Assembly: GCA_963663165.1 (NCBI GenBank)
Contig: OY760175.1
Coordinates: 4,608,001-4,672,000, forward strand
DNA length: 64,000 nt
Direction: 5' to 3'
DNA from: an uncultured Desulfospira sp.
GTDB lineage: Bacteria; Desulfobacterota; Desulfobacteria; Desulfobacterales; Desulfobacteraceae
Numbering within the stretch: the first letter of the stretch is position 1; the number at the start of each line of letters is the position of its first letter. Below the pieces are notes generated by a model, which worked only from the letters and a program-made list of their open reading frames with translations, did not search any database and had not been told where the DNA came from. Made by a program: the position numbers and the translations under genes. Below are positions 6,734 to 15,460 of this stretch, one piece after another.

Positions 6734-9157
6734 ATGATGACCTGTGCGGATTTGCACCTTCATTCCTGCTATTCAAAACACCCTGCCGAATGGTTTTTAA
6801 AACGGATCGGCACCCAGGAATCCTATACGGATATTGATTTTATTTATCACTCTGCCAAGGAGCGGGGCATGGCGTTTGTGACCTTAACGGATCATAACAC
6901 CATCAAGGGCGCCCTTGAGCTTCACCGCCGGCATCCGGACGACACCTTTGTCAGTGTGGAGGTCACGGCCTATTTTCCGGAAAACGGATGCAAGGTCCAT
7001 GTCCTGGTCTATGATGTTGACGAGGGACAGTTTTCCAAAATTGATGCCATCAGGAGAAATATCTATGATTTAAGGGAGTTTCTGGTTGAAAACGACATTG
7101 TTCATTCCCTGGCCCATGCCACTTACAATGTAAATGACAAGTTAGATGCAGATCTGGTTGAAAAGCTTATGCTGCTGTTTAATAATTTTGAGGGGATCAA
7201 CGGGGCCAGAAGCCCATATTATGCCAGAAAATGGATGAAGCTTTTAGGGGAACTCACCCCGGAGGACATGATCCGCTTAGAGGCCAAACACGGGATCAAA
7301 CCCCATGGGCCCACCCCCTGGAAAAAGGGGCTGACCGGCGGCTCTGACGACCACGCCGGACTCTTCCATGCCATGACCTTTACCAAGGCCCCTCAATGTC
7401 ATGACCATAAAACCTTTCTTAAGGCGGTGCAGGACCGGCAGACCCGTCCCGAGGGCCGGAGCCACGATTTTAAAACCTTTGCCTTTTCCATTTATAAGAT
7501 TGCCTATGATTTTTCCAGGCATAAGGCCGGTGCGGATTCCCATGACCTTTTTACCATGGTCAGTTCCATTTTGTTTGACCAGAACGGTGCCCTGATTGCC
7601 AATGCCCTGCTCCCCCAAGATCAGGACAGCAACGCCGCCCGGGAGGCCCGGTGCCCGGAGACCCTGATGATGGAGTTTTTGTCCGCCATTGCCAAGGACC
7701 TTAACGATACCGGCGATTCAGATCTGGATACCAAGTTTGACCGGATTTATGCGGACCTGTCTTCTTTGATTGACAACTATTTTATCATGGTCATGGACTC
7801 CATGGCCGATGCCATTGACAAACTGTCCCTGGTGTCGTTCCTGAAAAACCTGTTTGCCTCTCTTCCCTTTTTCTTTTTGTCCACCCCCTTTGTCACCAGT
7901 GTCCGGCACCTGTCCCGTGACCGGATCATTATCAACCGGCTCCGGGAACAGATGGACAAACCCGAGGCCCCATCGGGAAAACGGGTCCTCTGGTTTACCG
8001 ATACCATCCATGACCTGAACGGCGTTTCCGTCAGCCTGCGCCAGATTGCCTGGCACGCCTTCAGGACCGACCGGAACCTGACCCTGGTCACCTGCCATCC
8101 CGGCGGGGATAAAATCAAGTCTTTGCCCCCCAATGTGATGAACCTGGACAGTGTCTATTCCTACAGGCCGGAACTTTATACCTCCTATACCATGTACTTT
8201 CCCTCACTTCTTAAGGCCATTGACCAGATCAGCACCTGCAACCCGGACCGGGTAATTATCTCCACCCCCGGTCCTGTGGGCCTTCTCGGCCTCATGGCGG
8301 CCCGGATGCTGGATATCCCCAGCACCGGTATTTATCATACGGATTTTAAAGTCCAGATGGACCTGACGGTTAAAGAGCCGTCCCTGTCCTCTTTGATTTT
8401 TCAGTATGACCGGATGTTTTTTTCCAAGATGGATGAGATCAGGGTTCCCTCCAAGGCCTATGTGGATATTTTGACCGACCGGGGATATCCCAAAGAAAAA
8501 TTAAAAATTTTCGAACGGGGGATCAACACCAGCCTGTTCAATTACCGGGAACCGGAAATTCAGGCGTCCCCGGATAAGGCGTTTACCCTCCTTTGGGCCG
8601 GCCGGGTCAGCCATGATAAAAACATCACCTATCTGCTGGAGGTCTTTGAGCAGGTCAAGGAACAGGTTCCGGGAATCCGGCTGCTCATGGCCGGCCACGG
8701 GCCGGACTTTGATTATTTCAAAGAAATCACGGACCAGATGCCGGGGGTTGAAATGAAGGGCAAGGTCGATTACGAGGCCCTGCCTGAATTTTACAATTCA
8801 GGCGATCTGTTTGTCTTTCCGTCCACCATGGATACCTTTGGCATGGTGGTACTGGAAGCCCAGGCCTGCGGCCTACCCGGGCTGGTCACCAATGTGGGCG
8901 GCCCCCAGGAAATCGTGGAAGACCGGGTAACGGGCCGGGTGCTTTCCCTTGCCCGCAGGGACGACTGGGTGGCGGCGGTGAAAGCCCATGTTCACCAGAA
9001 AGCCGCCGATCCGGACGGCTATGCCGATTACAAAAAAGAGATCAGCAGCCGGGTTCATGCCCAGTTCAGCTGGGAAAAGGCATTAACCGACATGATAGAC
9101 CTGCCCAACCAGTCTATCTGCATCAGGGGGGAGGCATTGTACTCTAAATCCGCATGA
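6734..9157 (+). CDS. PHP-like phosphoesterase domain fused to GT4 glycosyltransferase
   Basis: DLHLHS, TLTDHNT, SVEV, GGSDDH (PHP); DLNGVS, GRVSHDKN, FPSTMDTFGMVVLEAQACG (GT4). Confidence 0.88.
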   Translation: MMTCADLHLHSCYSKHPAEWFLKRIGTQESYTDIDFIYHSAKERGMAFVTLTDHNTIKGALELHRRHPDDTFVSVEVTAYFPENGCKVHVLVYDVDEGQFSKIDAIRRNIYDLREFLVENDIVHSLAHATYNVNDKLDADLVEKLMLLFNNFEGINGARSPYYARKWMKLLGELTPEDMIRLEAKHGIKPHGPTPWKKGLTGGSDDHAGLFHAMTFTKAPQCHDHKTFLKAVQDRQTRPEGRSHDFKTFAFSIYKIAYDFSRHKAGADSHDLFTMVSSILFDQNGALIANALLPQDQDSNAAREARCPETLMMEFLSAIAKDLNDTGDSDLDTKFDRIYADLSSLIDNYFIMVMDSMADAIDKLSLVSFLKNLFASLPFFFLSTPFVTSVRHLSRDRIIINRLREQMDKPEAPSGKRVLWFTDTIHDLNGVSVSLRQIAWHAFRTDRNLTLVTCHPGGDKIKSLPPNVMNLDSVYSYRPELYTSYTMYFPSLLKAIDQISTCNPDRVIISTPGPVGLLGLMAARMLDIPSTGIYHTDFKVQMDLTVKEPSLSSLIFQYDRMFFSKMDEIRVPSKAYVDILTDRGYPKEKLKIFERGINTSLFNYREPEIQASPDKAFTLLWAGRVSHDKNITYLLEVFEQVKEQVPGIRLLMAGHGPDFDYFKEITDQMPGVEMKGKVDYEALPEFYNSGDLFVFPSTMDTFGMVVLEAQACGLPGLVTNVGGPQEIVEDRVTGRVLSLARRDDWVAAVKAHVHQKAADPDGYADYKKEISSRVHAQFSWEKALTDMIDLPNQSICIRGEALYSKSA

Positions 9158-10449
9158 TCCAAACAATAATGGCTGCCCCGGAACGGCTCAACCGGCAATG
9201 GCGGCAAAAACTGATCCGGAACCTGCCCGGCCAGGTGGTGATCCAGATCACGGATAAATGCAACGCCACCTGTCCCCAGTGCGGCATGCGGATATCCTCA
9301 GACTTTGAAAGAAAAACCCTGGACCGGGAGGATGTGTTCAAGATTATTGATGCGGCGGCGGACCGAAAGGTCAAGGCCATCTCCTTTACCGGCGGCGAGC
9401 CCCTGCTCAGGCTGGACGACCTGTGCGATTATATGAACCGGGCCGGGGAACGGCAGATCCCCTTTATCCGGACCGGCACCAACGGGTTTATGTTCAAAGG
9501 CAGTGACAAACCCGGGTTTACCGATAAAATTACCCGGCTGGTGGAAAGACTGACCCGGACTTCCGTGAGAAATTTCTGGATCAGCCTGGATTCCTGCGAT
9601 CCGGCCATTCACGAACAGATGCGAGGATTTGAGGGGATTGTGGCAGGGATTCAAAAGGCGTTGCCCATTTTTCACGCCCACGGCCTGTACCCGTCCGCCA
9701 ACCTTGGGATCAACCGTAACTTGGGGGGCGCCCTGACCCGGAACCTGAATCCCCGGGATTTTTCAGATGCCCAAAGGTATGAACAGGCGGTTTACGAAAC
9801 CTATTGCCTCGGGTTTTCAAAGTTTTATCAAAAGGCCATTGACTTAGGATTCACTATTGTCAATGCCTGTTATCCCATGAGCGTTGATGCGGCCGATGAA
9901 GATCTTGATGCCGTTTATGCCGCCACCTGTACCGAAGATATTGTCCGGTTTACCAGAAATGAAAAGCAAATGATCTTTCTGTCCTTAAAACATACCATTC
10001 CCAAATTCCGGAATAAAATCCGGATTTTCACCCCCTTAGCCTCCCTTAACGCCCTGGTCAGGGAATACAACGGGCAGGTGAATACATCCTTTCCCTGCCA
10101 GGGGGGGCTGAACTACTATTTTATTGATTCCAGGACCGGCTCCACCTTTCCCTGCGGATACCGGGGCAGTGAAAATTTCGGAAAATTCTGGAAACTGAAT
10201 GGAAAATCTAAAGCCCTTCAGCCCGACTGCCGGTTGTGCGACTGGGAATGCTTCAGGGACCCCTCAGAACTTGCGGGCCCCATCCTGGACCTGTTTGCCG
10301 CCCCGGTTCGCCTGGCCGGAAAGGCCTTCAAAGCCCCGTCAGATCTTCAAACCTGGGCCACGGATCTCCTCTATTACCGGGCCTGCGGGTATTTTAACGG
10401 CCGGAAGCCCCCGGTCTATTCCCGTATGGGGGCGTTTTCGAAAGGATGA
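9154..10449 (+). CDS. Radical SAM protein with C-terminal Cys cluster (SPASM/twitch-like)
   Basis: CNATCPQC, SFTGGEP, TNG, SLDS; CQGG...FPCGY...CRLCDWEC; ATGA overlap with the upstream gene. Confidence 0.9.
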   Translation: MIQTIMAAPERLNRQWRQKLIRNLPGQVVIQITDKCNATCPQCGMRISSDFERKTLDREDVFKIIDAAADRKVKAISFTGGEPLLRLDDLCDYMNRAGERQIPFIRTGTNGFMFKGSDKPGFTDKITRLVERLTRTSVRNFWISLDSCDPAIHEQMRGFEGIVAGIQKALPIFHAHGLYPSANLGINRNLGGALTRNLNPRDFSDAQRYEQAVYETYCLGFSKFYQKAIDLGFTIVNACYPMSVDAADEDLDAVYAATCTEDIVRFTRNEKQMIFLSLKHTIPKFRNKIRIFTPLASLNALVREYNGQVNTSFPCQGGLNYYFIDSRTGSTFPCGYRGSENFGKFWKLNGKSKALQPDCRLCDWECFRDPSELAGPILDLFAAPVRLAGKAFKAPSDLQTWATDLLYYRACGYFNGRKPPVYSRMGAFSKG

Positions 10450-10601
10450 TAGAATAAAGTCTCCCCGACCTCAAATCACACTGCCCCACTTGAACCCCCC
10501 TTAGGCATCGCCCCGCCTAAGGGGGCACTCAAAAATAAATCACCAATTTTGATTCAACGAAGGCTCGAAGAGGAGCGCATGCTCACACTTGGGCCAAAAG
10601 A

Positions 10602-11216
10602 TTATTTTGAGATGGCTTCTAACATTTTGTGCAGGGCTTTATTGTCTGGAAAGTACTTTATCAGGCTGTCTTCAAAACGTTTCCATTTTCTGCTTATTTT
10701 TCTTCTGGCCAGCCAGGCGCTGTGGTTACAGATTGGGATGAACTCTGCATTGCCGATATTATCAACAACAAATAATTGAGAAATACCGGATTTATCTCTT
10801 TGGCATAATACGTTTCTGTGCGCAAGCCTGCTGGTTACAATCCAGTGTTCCAATAAATATTTTTTCAATGAATTCAAGGAATTCAGCAGATTGTCATAGT
10901 ACGGCTCCATTATCTGGCTGGTGGATATATAGTCTCCTAATGTTTTTGACACGCAGCCGTCATAATCCAGAATGAGATCAAAAACAGAGCCCATGCCCAG
11001 ATTTGTTTCTATTTCACCATGATATTTAGGAATCATATCCCAGGAGATGTTCCTTTTTTGAAGATGTATATAATATTTTCTTTCGCGCTGCTCCTTCCGG
11101 CCCGTAATTTTCTCGTCAACTGTTATCTTGATACAAAGATCGGGGTTTTCAGGATGTCTGTAAACGTCTCTATGATGTCCTTTTCCAACAACATTATTTT
11201 CATTAATATTAATCAT
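10602..11216 (-). CDS. YrbL family (kinase-like) protein
   Basis: VGKGHHRDVYRHP...CIKI...YHGEIETNLGMG...SKTL...VVDNIG; AT-rich; start taken at MININ. Confidence 0.78.
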   Translation of the reverse strand: MININENNVVGKGHHRDVYRHPENPDLCIKITVDEKITGRKEQRERKYYIHLQKRNISWDMIPKYHGEIETNLGMGSVFDLILDYDGCVSKTLGDYISTSQIMEPYYDNLLNSLNSLKKYLLEHWIVTSRLAHRNVLCQRDKSGISQLFVVDNIGNAEFIPICNHSAWLARRKISRKWKRFEDSLIKYFPDNKALHKMLEAISK

Positions 11217-11423
11217 AAAATTAAGCCCACTTACTGTTTGATGACAGGCGGTTTTGTAACCAGGCACAAAAGGCCGGCTAAGACGAGAAGAATACTAAAC
11301 ACTGAAAAGAGAATCCAGTAGTTATTTCAATTCGGTAATTCGGGGGACTAAAATATTTACAAGCCAATTTTAATTTTGTTTCGTGGTTCCAAATTTGATA
11401 ATTTAGTATCGCCCCCTATAATT

Positions 11424-11472
11424 AAAACGCCCTGTGCGGACCCGCACGCAGGGTGCTGTCCGGCTACCCGAT
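11424..11472 (+). mobile_element. Group II (class C) intron 3' fragment: domain V plus internally deleted domain VI
   Basis: AAA-CGC-CCTGTGCG-GACC-CGCA-CG-CAGGG-TG (CGC triad, short DV), then CCGGCTACCCGAT with a typical AT 3' end; no RT gene. Confidence 0.75.
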
Positions 11473-11477
11473 TATCT

Positions 11478-11777
11478 TTAATCCGCCTTAAGCCAAAGTT
11501 CAAGAGCAAATGAGATTGCTTGTTTTACAAGATTAAGTTTTGTCTGATCGAGTGTTGTAATTAACGCACCAATTTTTCCCTTGGGTACGGTTTGAATATG
11601 GTCACAATTGATTGCGCATTCTTTGGCCATTCCATCACTTTGGAACAAAATTACTTTGCTGGGAATATCTCTGATGGTAGACGCTATTGGAACAATAGTT
11701 ATTTCCCCAAGATAGTCAATCACCGAATTGCGAGTGATTATCAGAACTGGTCGCTTTTTATGTGGCGCTTTGAATTT
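11478..11777 (-). pseudogene. PemK/MazF-family toxin, N-terminally truncated, no antitoxin
   Basis: KFKAPHKKRPVLIITR...TIVPIAST...AINCDHIQTV; the usual first ~9 residues are replaced by transposase sequence on the opposite strand. Confidence 0.8.
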
Positions 11778-12172
11778 GATAACACAATCCCGACAATTAT
11801 GCAAAATAAGGTGTCTTCGAAAGAAGCAAGGCAGAATTGGGCCAGGTTAATCCAAAAAATTTATGAAGTTGATCCTTTGGTTTGCCCAAAATGTCAGGGG
11901 CAAATGAAACTGGTTTCTTTTGTGGAAAATCTCGATGTTTTATATGAAAGTCTCACTAACGTCCTGAGAAGACTTTCAATATTTGTTGTGGGCGGCTCTT
12001 GGTTGGATAACCAAAGCGGCCCGTGGCCGTTATAGAAAAAATTCTGCGTCACCTGGGCTTATGGGATATTCACAAGCATGATCTACCTCAGCAGAGTATT
12101 TCTGATCCCATTCTTGAATTGGTTTATGACTTTTCAGTCTCCCAGATCCCGGCAGTTGAGTATTGGAATTGA
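11778..12172 (+). pseudogene. C-terminal remnant of IS91-family (Y2) transposase, interrupted by a 92-bp insertion
   Basis: NWARLIQKIYEVDPLVCPKCQGQMKLVSFVENLDV | IEKILRHLGLWD...SQIPAVEYWN* once 11940-12031 is removed. Confidence 0.75.
11937..12033 (+). mobile_element. ~92-bp two-hairpin mini-element, copy B
   Basis: Removing it restores the transposase frame. Confidence 0.85.
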
Positions 12173-12308
12173 TTTTCACTGTACGCGGGGTTTCTGGTGA
12201 GGTGCGCCTAAAGTCAGATTAAATTGGGGAGTTTTCATATTTGCTTTGGAGATTTATGATACCGACTGTCCTTTTGCCTCTGCCCTGCTACATCCCTTTT
12301 TTCGGAGA

Positions 12309-12364
12309 ATGCCCCTGTCGGGCCACAGGCACAACATGTTGTGCCTGTGGCCCGACAGGGGCAT
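12309..12364. repeat. Perfect 56-bp palindrome with no spacer
   Basis: ATGCCCCTGTCGGGCCACAGGCACAACATGTTGTGCCTGTGGCCCGACAGGGGCAT equals its reverse complement. Confidence 0.95.
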
Positions 12365-12424
12365 ATTTCAAGCTCCTAGTATTTTTTATACTTTGGGAGT
12401 CAAAAAGCAAGTTCTGTATTAAAT

Positions 12425-13798
12425 TTATTTTTTATCTGAATAAAAAATTTGTTTTGGATTGACCTTTGAAATGGATTTTTTCCGGCCATAAAGCAGGTCG
12501 TCCATGAAAAGGGCGATTCTCTGATTGATCACATTTCTTGAAATATAGAACCGGACCAGTTTATGGATTAAGGTGTCCGGTTTGGTGTAGGGACACACGG
12601 CAATGCACAGGCCGCAGTCCGTGCCGATGGTTTTCCAGTATGAAAAGCATTTTTCCTGGCTGATAGACCAGTGGCGTGTATTCCGGCTGACCGGTTCCGG
12701 ACCGTGGCGTATGGAGCCTGACGGGCAGTTGTCTGCACATTTTTTGCAGATTTTGCAAAACTCTCCCATGGACGGGGAAGACAGGTTGGGAGAGTCGGGA
12801 AGCTCAAGTTCTGTGGTCACCAGGGCCAGCCGGACGCAGGGGCCAAAGACCCTGTGCATGAAAAGCCCCATCCGGCCCAGTTCTCCCATGCCCGAAGCCA
12901 CCGCTGCCGGCACACACAGGGTATCGTAGTTGGCATCGGTGTGGGCCCGGGCCCGGTACCCGAAATCCCGGATGTATTCGGCCGTAATGCTGGCGATTTT
13001 AGCCACTTCCACATATTTCTGGGCCGATTCCTGGATAACGCTTCCGGTAGGGGCCTGACGGAGCATGGGAACCCGCATGGGAACAACTATAACAATGGCG
13101 GTACAGTAATCCTGGTCCGTCTTTTCACCCCAGTGACGGGCATGCCTTCCTCTGTGGCTGTAGAAATGATAGGGTTTTAACCGGGTAAAGCCGATATCAC
13201 AGGCCCCGTAAAACCGGGCAAATTCCGAGAGGGTCCGGGCAAACTCGACCCTGTTGATTTCTTTTTTTTCAGCCGCCACGTCACCGTCAGACAACGGGAT
13301 GGCACGTTCCAGGTATTTGAATGCCGCGATATAGGCCGGGGCGGCAAGATCATGGTGAAACACCTGGGCCTTATCCCCGAATTCAGGCTTGGCATGGATC
13401 TGGGCGTCCACAGACCGGTTTTCAGGCCGCATCTCATAATAATCCGCCATCAGTTCCGGATAGTGCTGCAGGTTGTTCCGGGCAAACATATTGTCCCGCT
13501 CATCATATGGCCTGACATCTGAATCATCCCTTTCAGGGGATTGGCCTGGAAAAAAACGGGCTAAGGAGAGCAGGCCAAACAGGCCAAACCCTGCAATAAC
13601 CAGAACATTCAAAGGCCTTACAGCAGACGGCGCAAATAGGAAAAAGATCCAGACCAGGCCGTTGATCCCGAAAAACAGGAATGAAATTTTGGCGGCACGG
13701 GGTTCTTTTTCCATGACGGAGGAGATGCCAAGCAGCAGAAAAAATGAGCTTAAACCGATAAGAACAACGGCATTGATGACAGTTAACATAAATTCCAT
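12425..13798 (-). CDS. Reductive dehalogenase-like cobalamin/2x[4Fe-4S] protein with N-terminal transmembrane helices
   Basis: About 3 hydrophobic N-terminal segments; YDERDNMFAR; FYGACDIG; AVASGMGELGRMG...GPCVRL; FCKICKKCADNCP and CFSYW...CGLCIAVCPY. Confidence 0.8.
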   Translation of the reverse strand: MEFMLTVINAVVLIGLSSFFLLLGISSVMEKEPRAAKISFLFFGINGLVWIFFLFAPSAVRPLNVLVIAGFGLFGLLSLARFFPGQSPERDDSDVRPYDERDNMFARNNLQHYPELMADYYEMRPENRSVDAQIHAKPEFGDKAQVFHHDLAAPAYIAAFKYLERAIPLSDGDVAAEKKEINRVEFARTLSEFARFYGACDIGFTRLKPYHFYSHRGRHARHWGEKTDQDYCTAIVIVVPMRVPMLRQAPTGSVIQESAQKYVEVAKIASITAEYIRDFGYRARAHTDANYDTLCVPAAVASGMGELGRMGLFMHRVFGPCVRLALVTTELELPDSPNLSSPSMGEFCKICKKCADNCPSGSIRHGPEPVSRNTRHWSISQEKCFSYWKTIGTDCGLCIAVCPYTKPDTLIHKLVRFYISRNVINQRIALFMDDLLYGRKKSISKVNPKQIFYSDKK

Positions 13799-14091
13799 GA
13801 CAGTTTTGGCAACTCTTTTTTTTGTTTTCCGACCCCAGAAAACAGATCCATTATTTTGAAATTCCCGCTCATTCCAAGCGACAGCAGTGCCACAGCAGTC
13901 ATATACCAAAAGGCCTGGCGGCTGGTCAATGCTGTAGATTCGGGCAGCCCTGATGGCGTGATCGGGAATGCCTGAAACCCAGATCCTGAAAATAAAAAAA
14001 ATTCAACAAGGCTTTCCAAACAGTGATTTATCCTGTAATTATGGCGGCTTAATTTTAACCTTTTATTGACCCCGGGCAACCCCCGGAGGCT

Positions 14092-15390
14092 GTGAAAAAG
14101 ATCATGAAACCCATATTCGGCATTGATTTTGGGACCTCCAACTCCGCGTTGGCCGTCTGTGTTGACAACCAGGTCCGTCTTCTGGACGTGGATCCGGGCA
14201 ACCCCCTGTCCAATTCATTGAAATCCATTCTTTATTTTATCAAGGAAGACGGCCGGGCGCTTTCTTATGTCGGCCACGAGGGCGTTAGAAATTATATTGA
14301 TAACGGTGCCGAAGGCCGGTATATGCAGTCGGTCAAATCCTTTTTGTCAGACACTTCGTTTAAGCACACCGCCGTTTACGGTAAACAGTATACCCTTGAA
14401 GAGCTGATATCCCTGATCCTTCGAACCATGAAGGAACGCGGAGAGAGGATCATTGGGAAAGCGGTTGACCGGGTTGTCCTGGGCCGGCCGGTAATTTTTT
14501 CCCCGGAAGAGGACAGGGAGCGCACGGCACAGGATCGTCTGATCCGGGCGGCACACCTTGCCGGGTTTAAGGATGTCCGCTTGCAGATGGAACCGGTGGC
14601 TGCGGCCCGGGCCTATGAGGCCGGGCTTGAACCGGGCCATGAACAGATGGTGCTGGTAGGGGATTTTGGCGCGGGAAGTTCTGACTTCACTGTTCTTAAG
14701 GTCGGAAAAGACGCCGGCACCATTGCATCGGAGCAGAATATTCTCTCTGTGGGCGGGCTGTACGTGGGCGGAGATGATTTTGATGCCCGGATCATGCGGC
14801 ATAAAGTGGCCTGGCATTACGGCACCCAGGTTCAGGTTAAATCCATGTTCAGCGAGAATCTGACAGGACTCTCCCCCCTGGTGCTGGCCCATCTTCTTCA
14901 ATGGCACCGGATTCCGTGGCTCAGACAGCCCAAAATCCTTGAAAGCATCAAGGAACTTAAAGTCTGTGCTGGTTTAAAAGACAGGCGCCTTCTGGAAAAT
15001 CTGGAGCATCTGATCGAGGATAATTACGGATATCTCCTGTTTAAGGCCATTGAATCGGCAAAGTGCCGCCTTTCGGATCATGAAGAGGGGGCCGTCATTT
15101 TCAAAGATTACGGCATTCATATTGAAGAACCGGTTCTAAGAAGTGAGTTTGAGCAGATGATAGGGGATCTGGTGGAAAAAATCGGGGCCTGCGTGGATCA
15201 CACCATTGCCGGTGCCGGCATTGCTCCTGACCGGATTGATGCGGTTTTTCTTACTGGCGGCACCTCGTACATTCCCCGGATCAGGAAAATTTTTGAATCC
15301 CGCCTGGGCCCGGAAAAGATCAAAACAGCCGATGCCTTCTCCAGTGTGGCATACGGCCTTGCCCTTGAGGGCGGGCTTTGGGCGGCTTAA
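14092..15390 (+). CDS. Hsp70-family protein (YegD-like, ATPase domain only)
   Basis: GIDFGTSNS, GRPV, EPVAAA, DFGAGSSDF, GGDDFD, FLTGGTS. Confidence 0.88.
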   Translation: MKKIMKPIFGIDFGTSNSALAVCVDNQVRLLDVDPGNPLSNSLKSILYFIKEDGRALSYVGHEGVRNYIDNGAEGRYMQSVKSFLSDTSFKHTAVYGKQYTLEELISLILRTMKERGERIIGKAVDRVVLGRPVIFSPEEDRERTAQDRLIRAAHLAGFKDVRLQMEPVAAARAYEAGLEPGHEQMVLVGDFGAGSSDFTVLKVGKDAGTIASEQNILSVGGLYVGGDDFDARIMRHKVAWHYGTQVQVKSMFSENLTGLSPLVLAHLLQWHRIPWLRQPKILESIKELKVCAGLKDRRLLENLEHLIEDNYGYLLFKAIESAKCRLSDHEEGAVIFKDYGIHIEEPVLRSEFEQMIGDLVEKIGACVDHTIAGAGIAPDRIDAVFLTGGTSYIPRIRKIFESRLGPEKIKTADAFSSVAYGLALEGGLWAA

Positions 15391-15460
15391 TGGCTGGCCA
15401 AGCCCGGGGTTGAATCGGTTCTGTCTTTTAAAATCCCATCCAGGTGTTGTTACATGGCCT

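Noticed and set aside
13800..14090. Cobalamin riboswitch upstream of the dehalogenase-like gene; ORF 13783-14079
   Set aside because: No recognisable B12-box by eye, and the ORF has no protein-like features; an Rfam scan would settle it.
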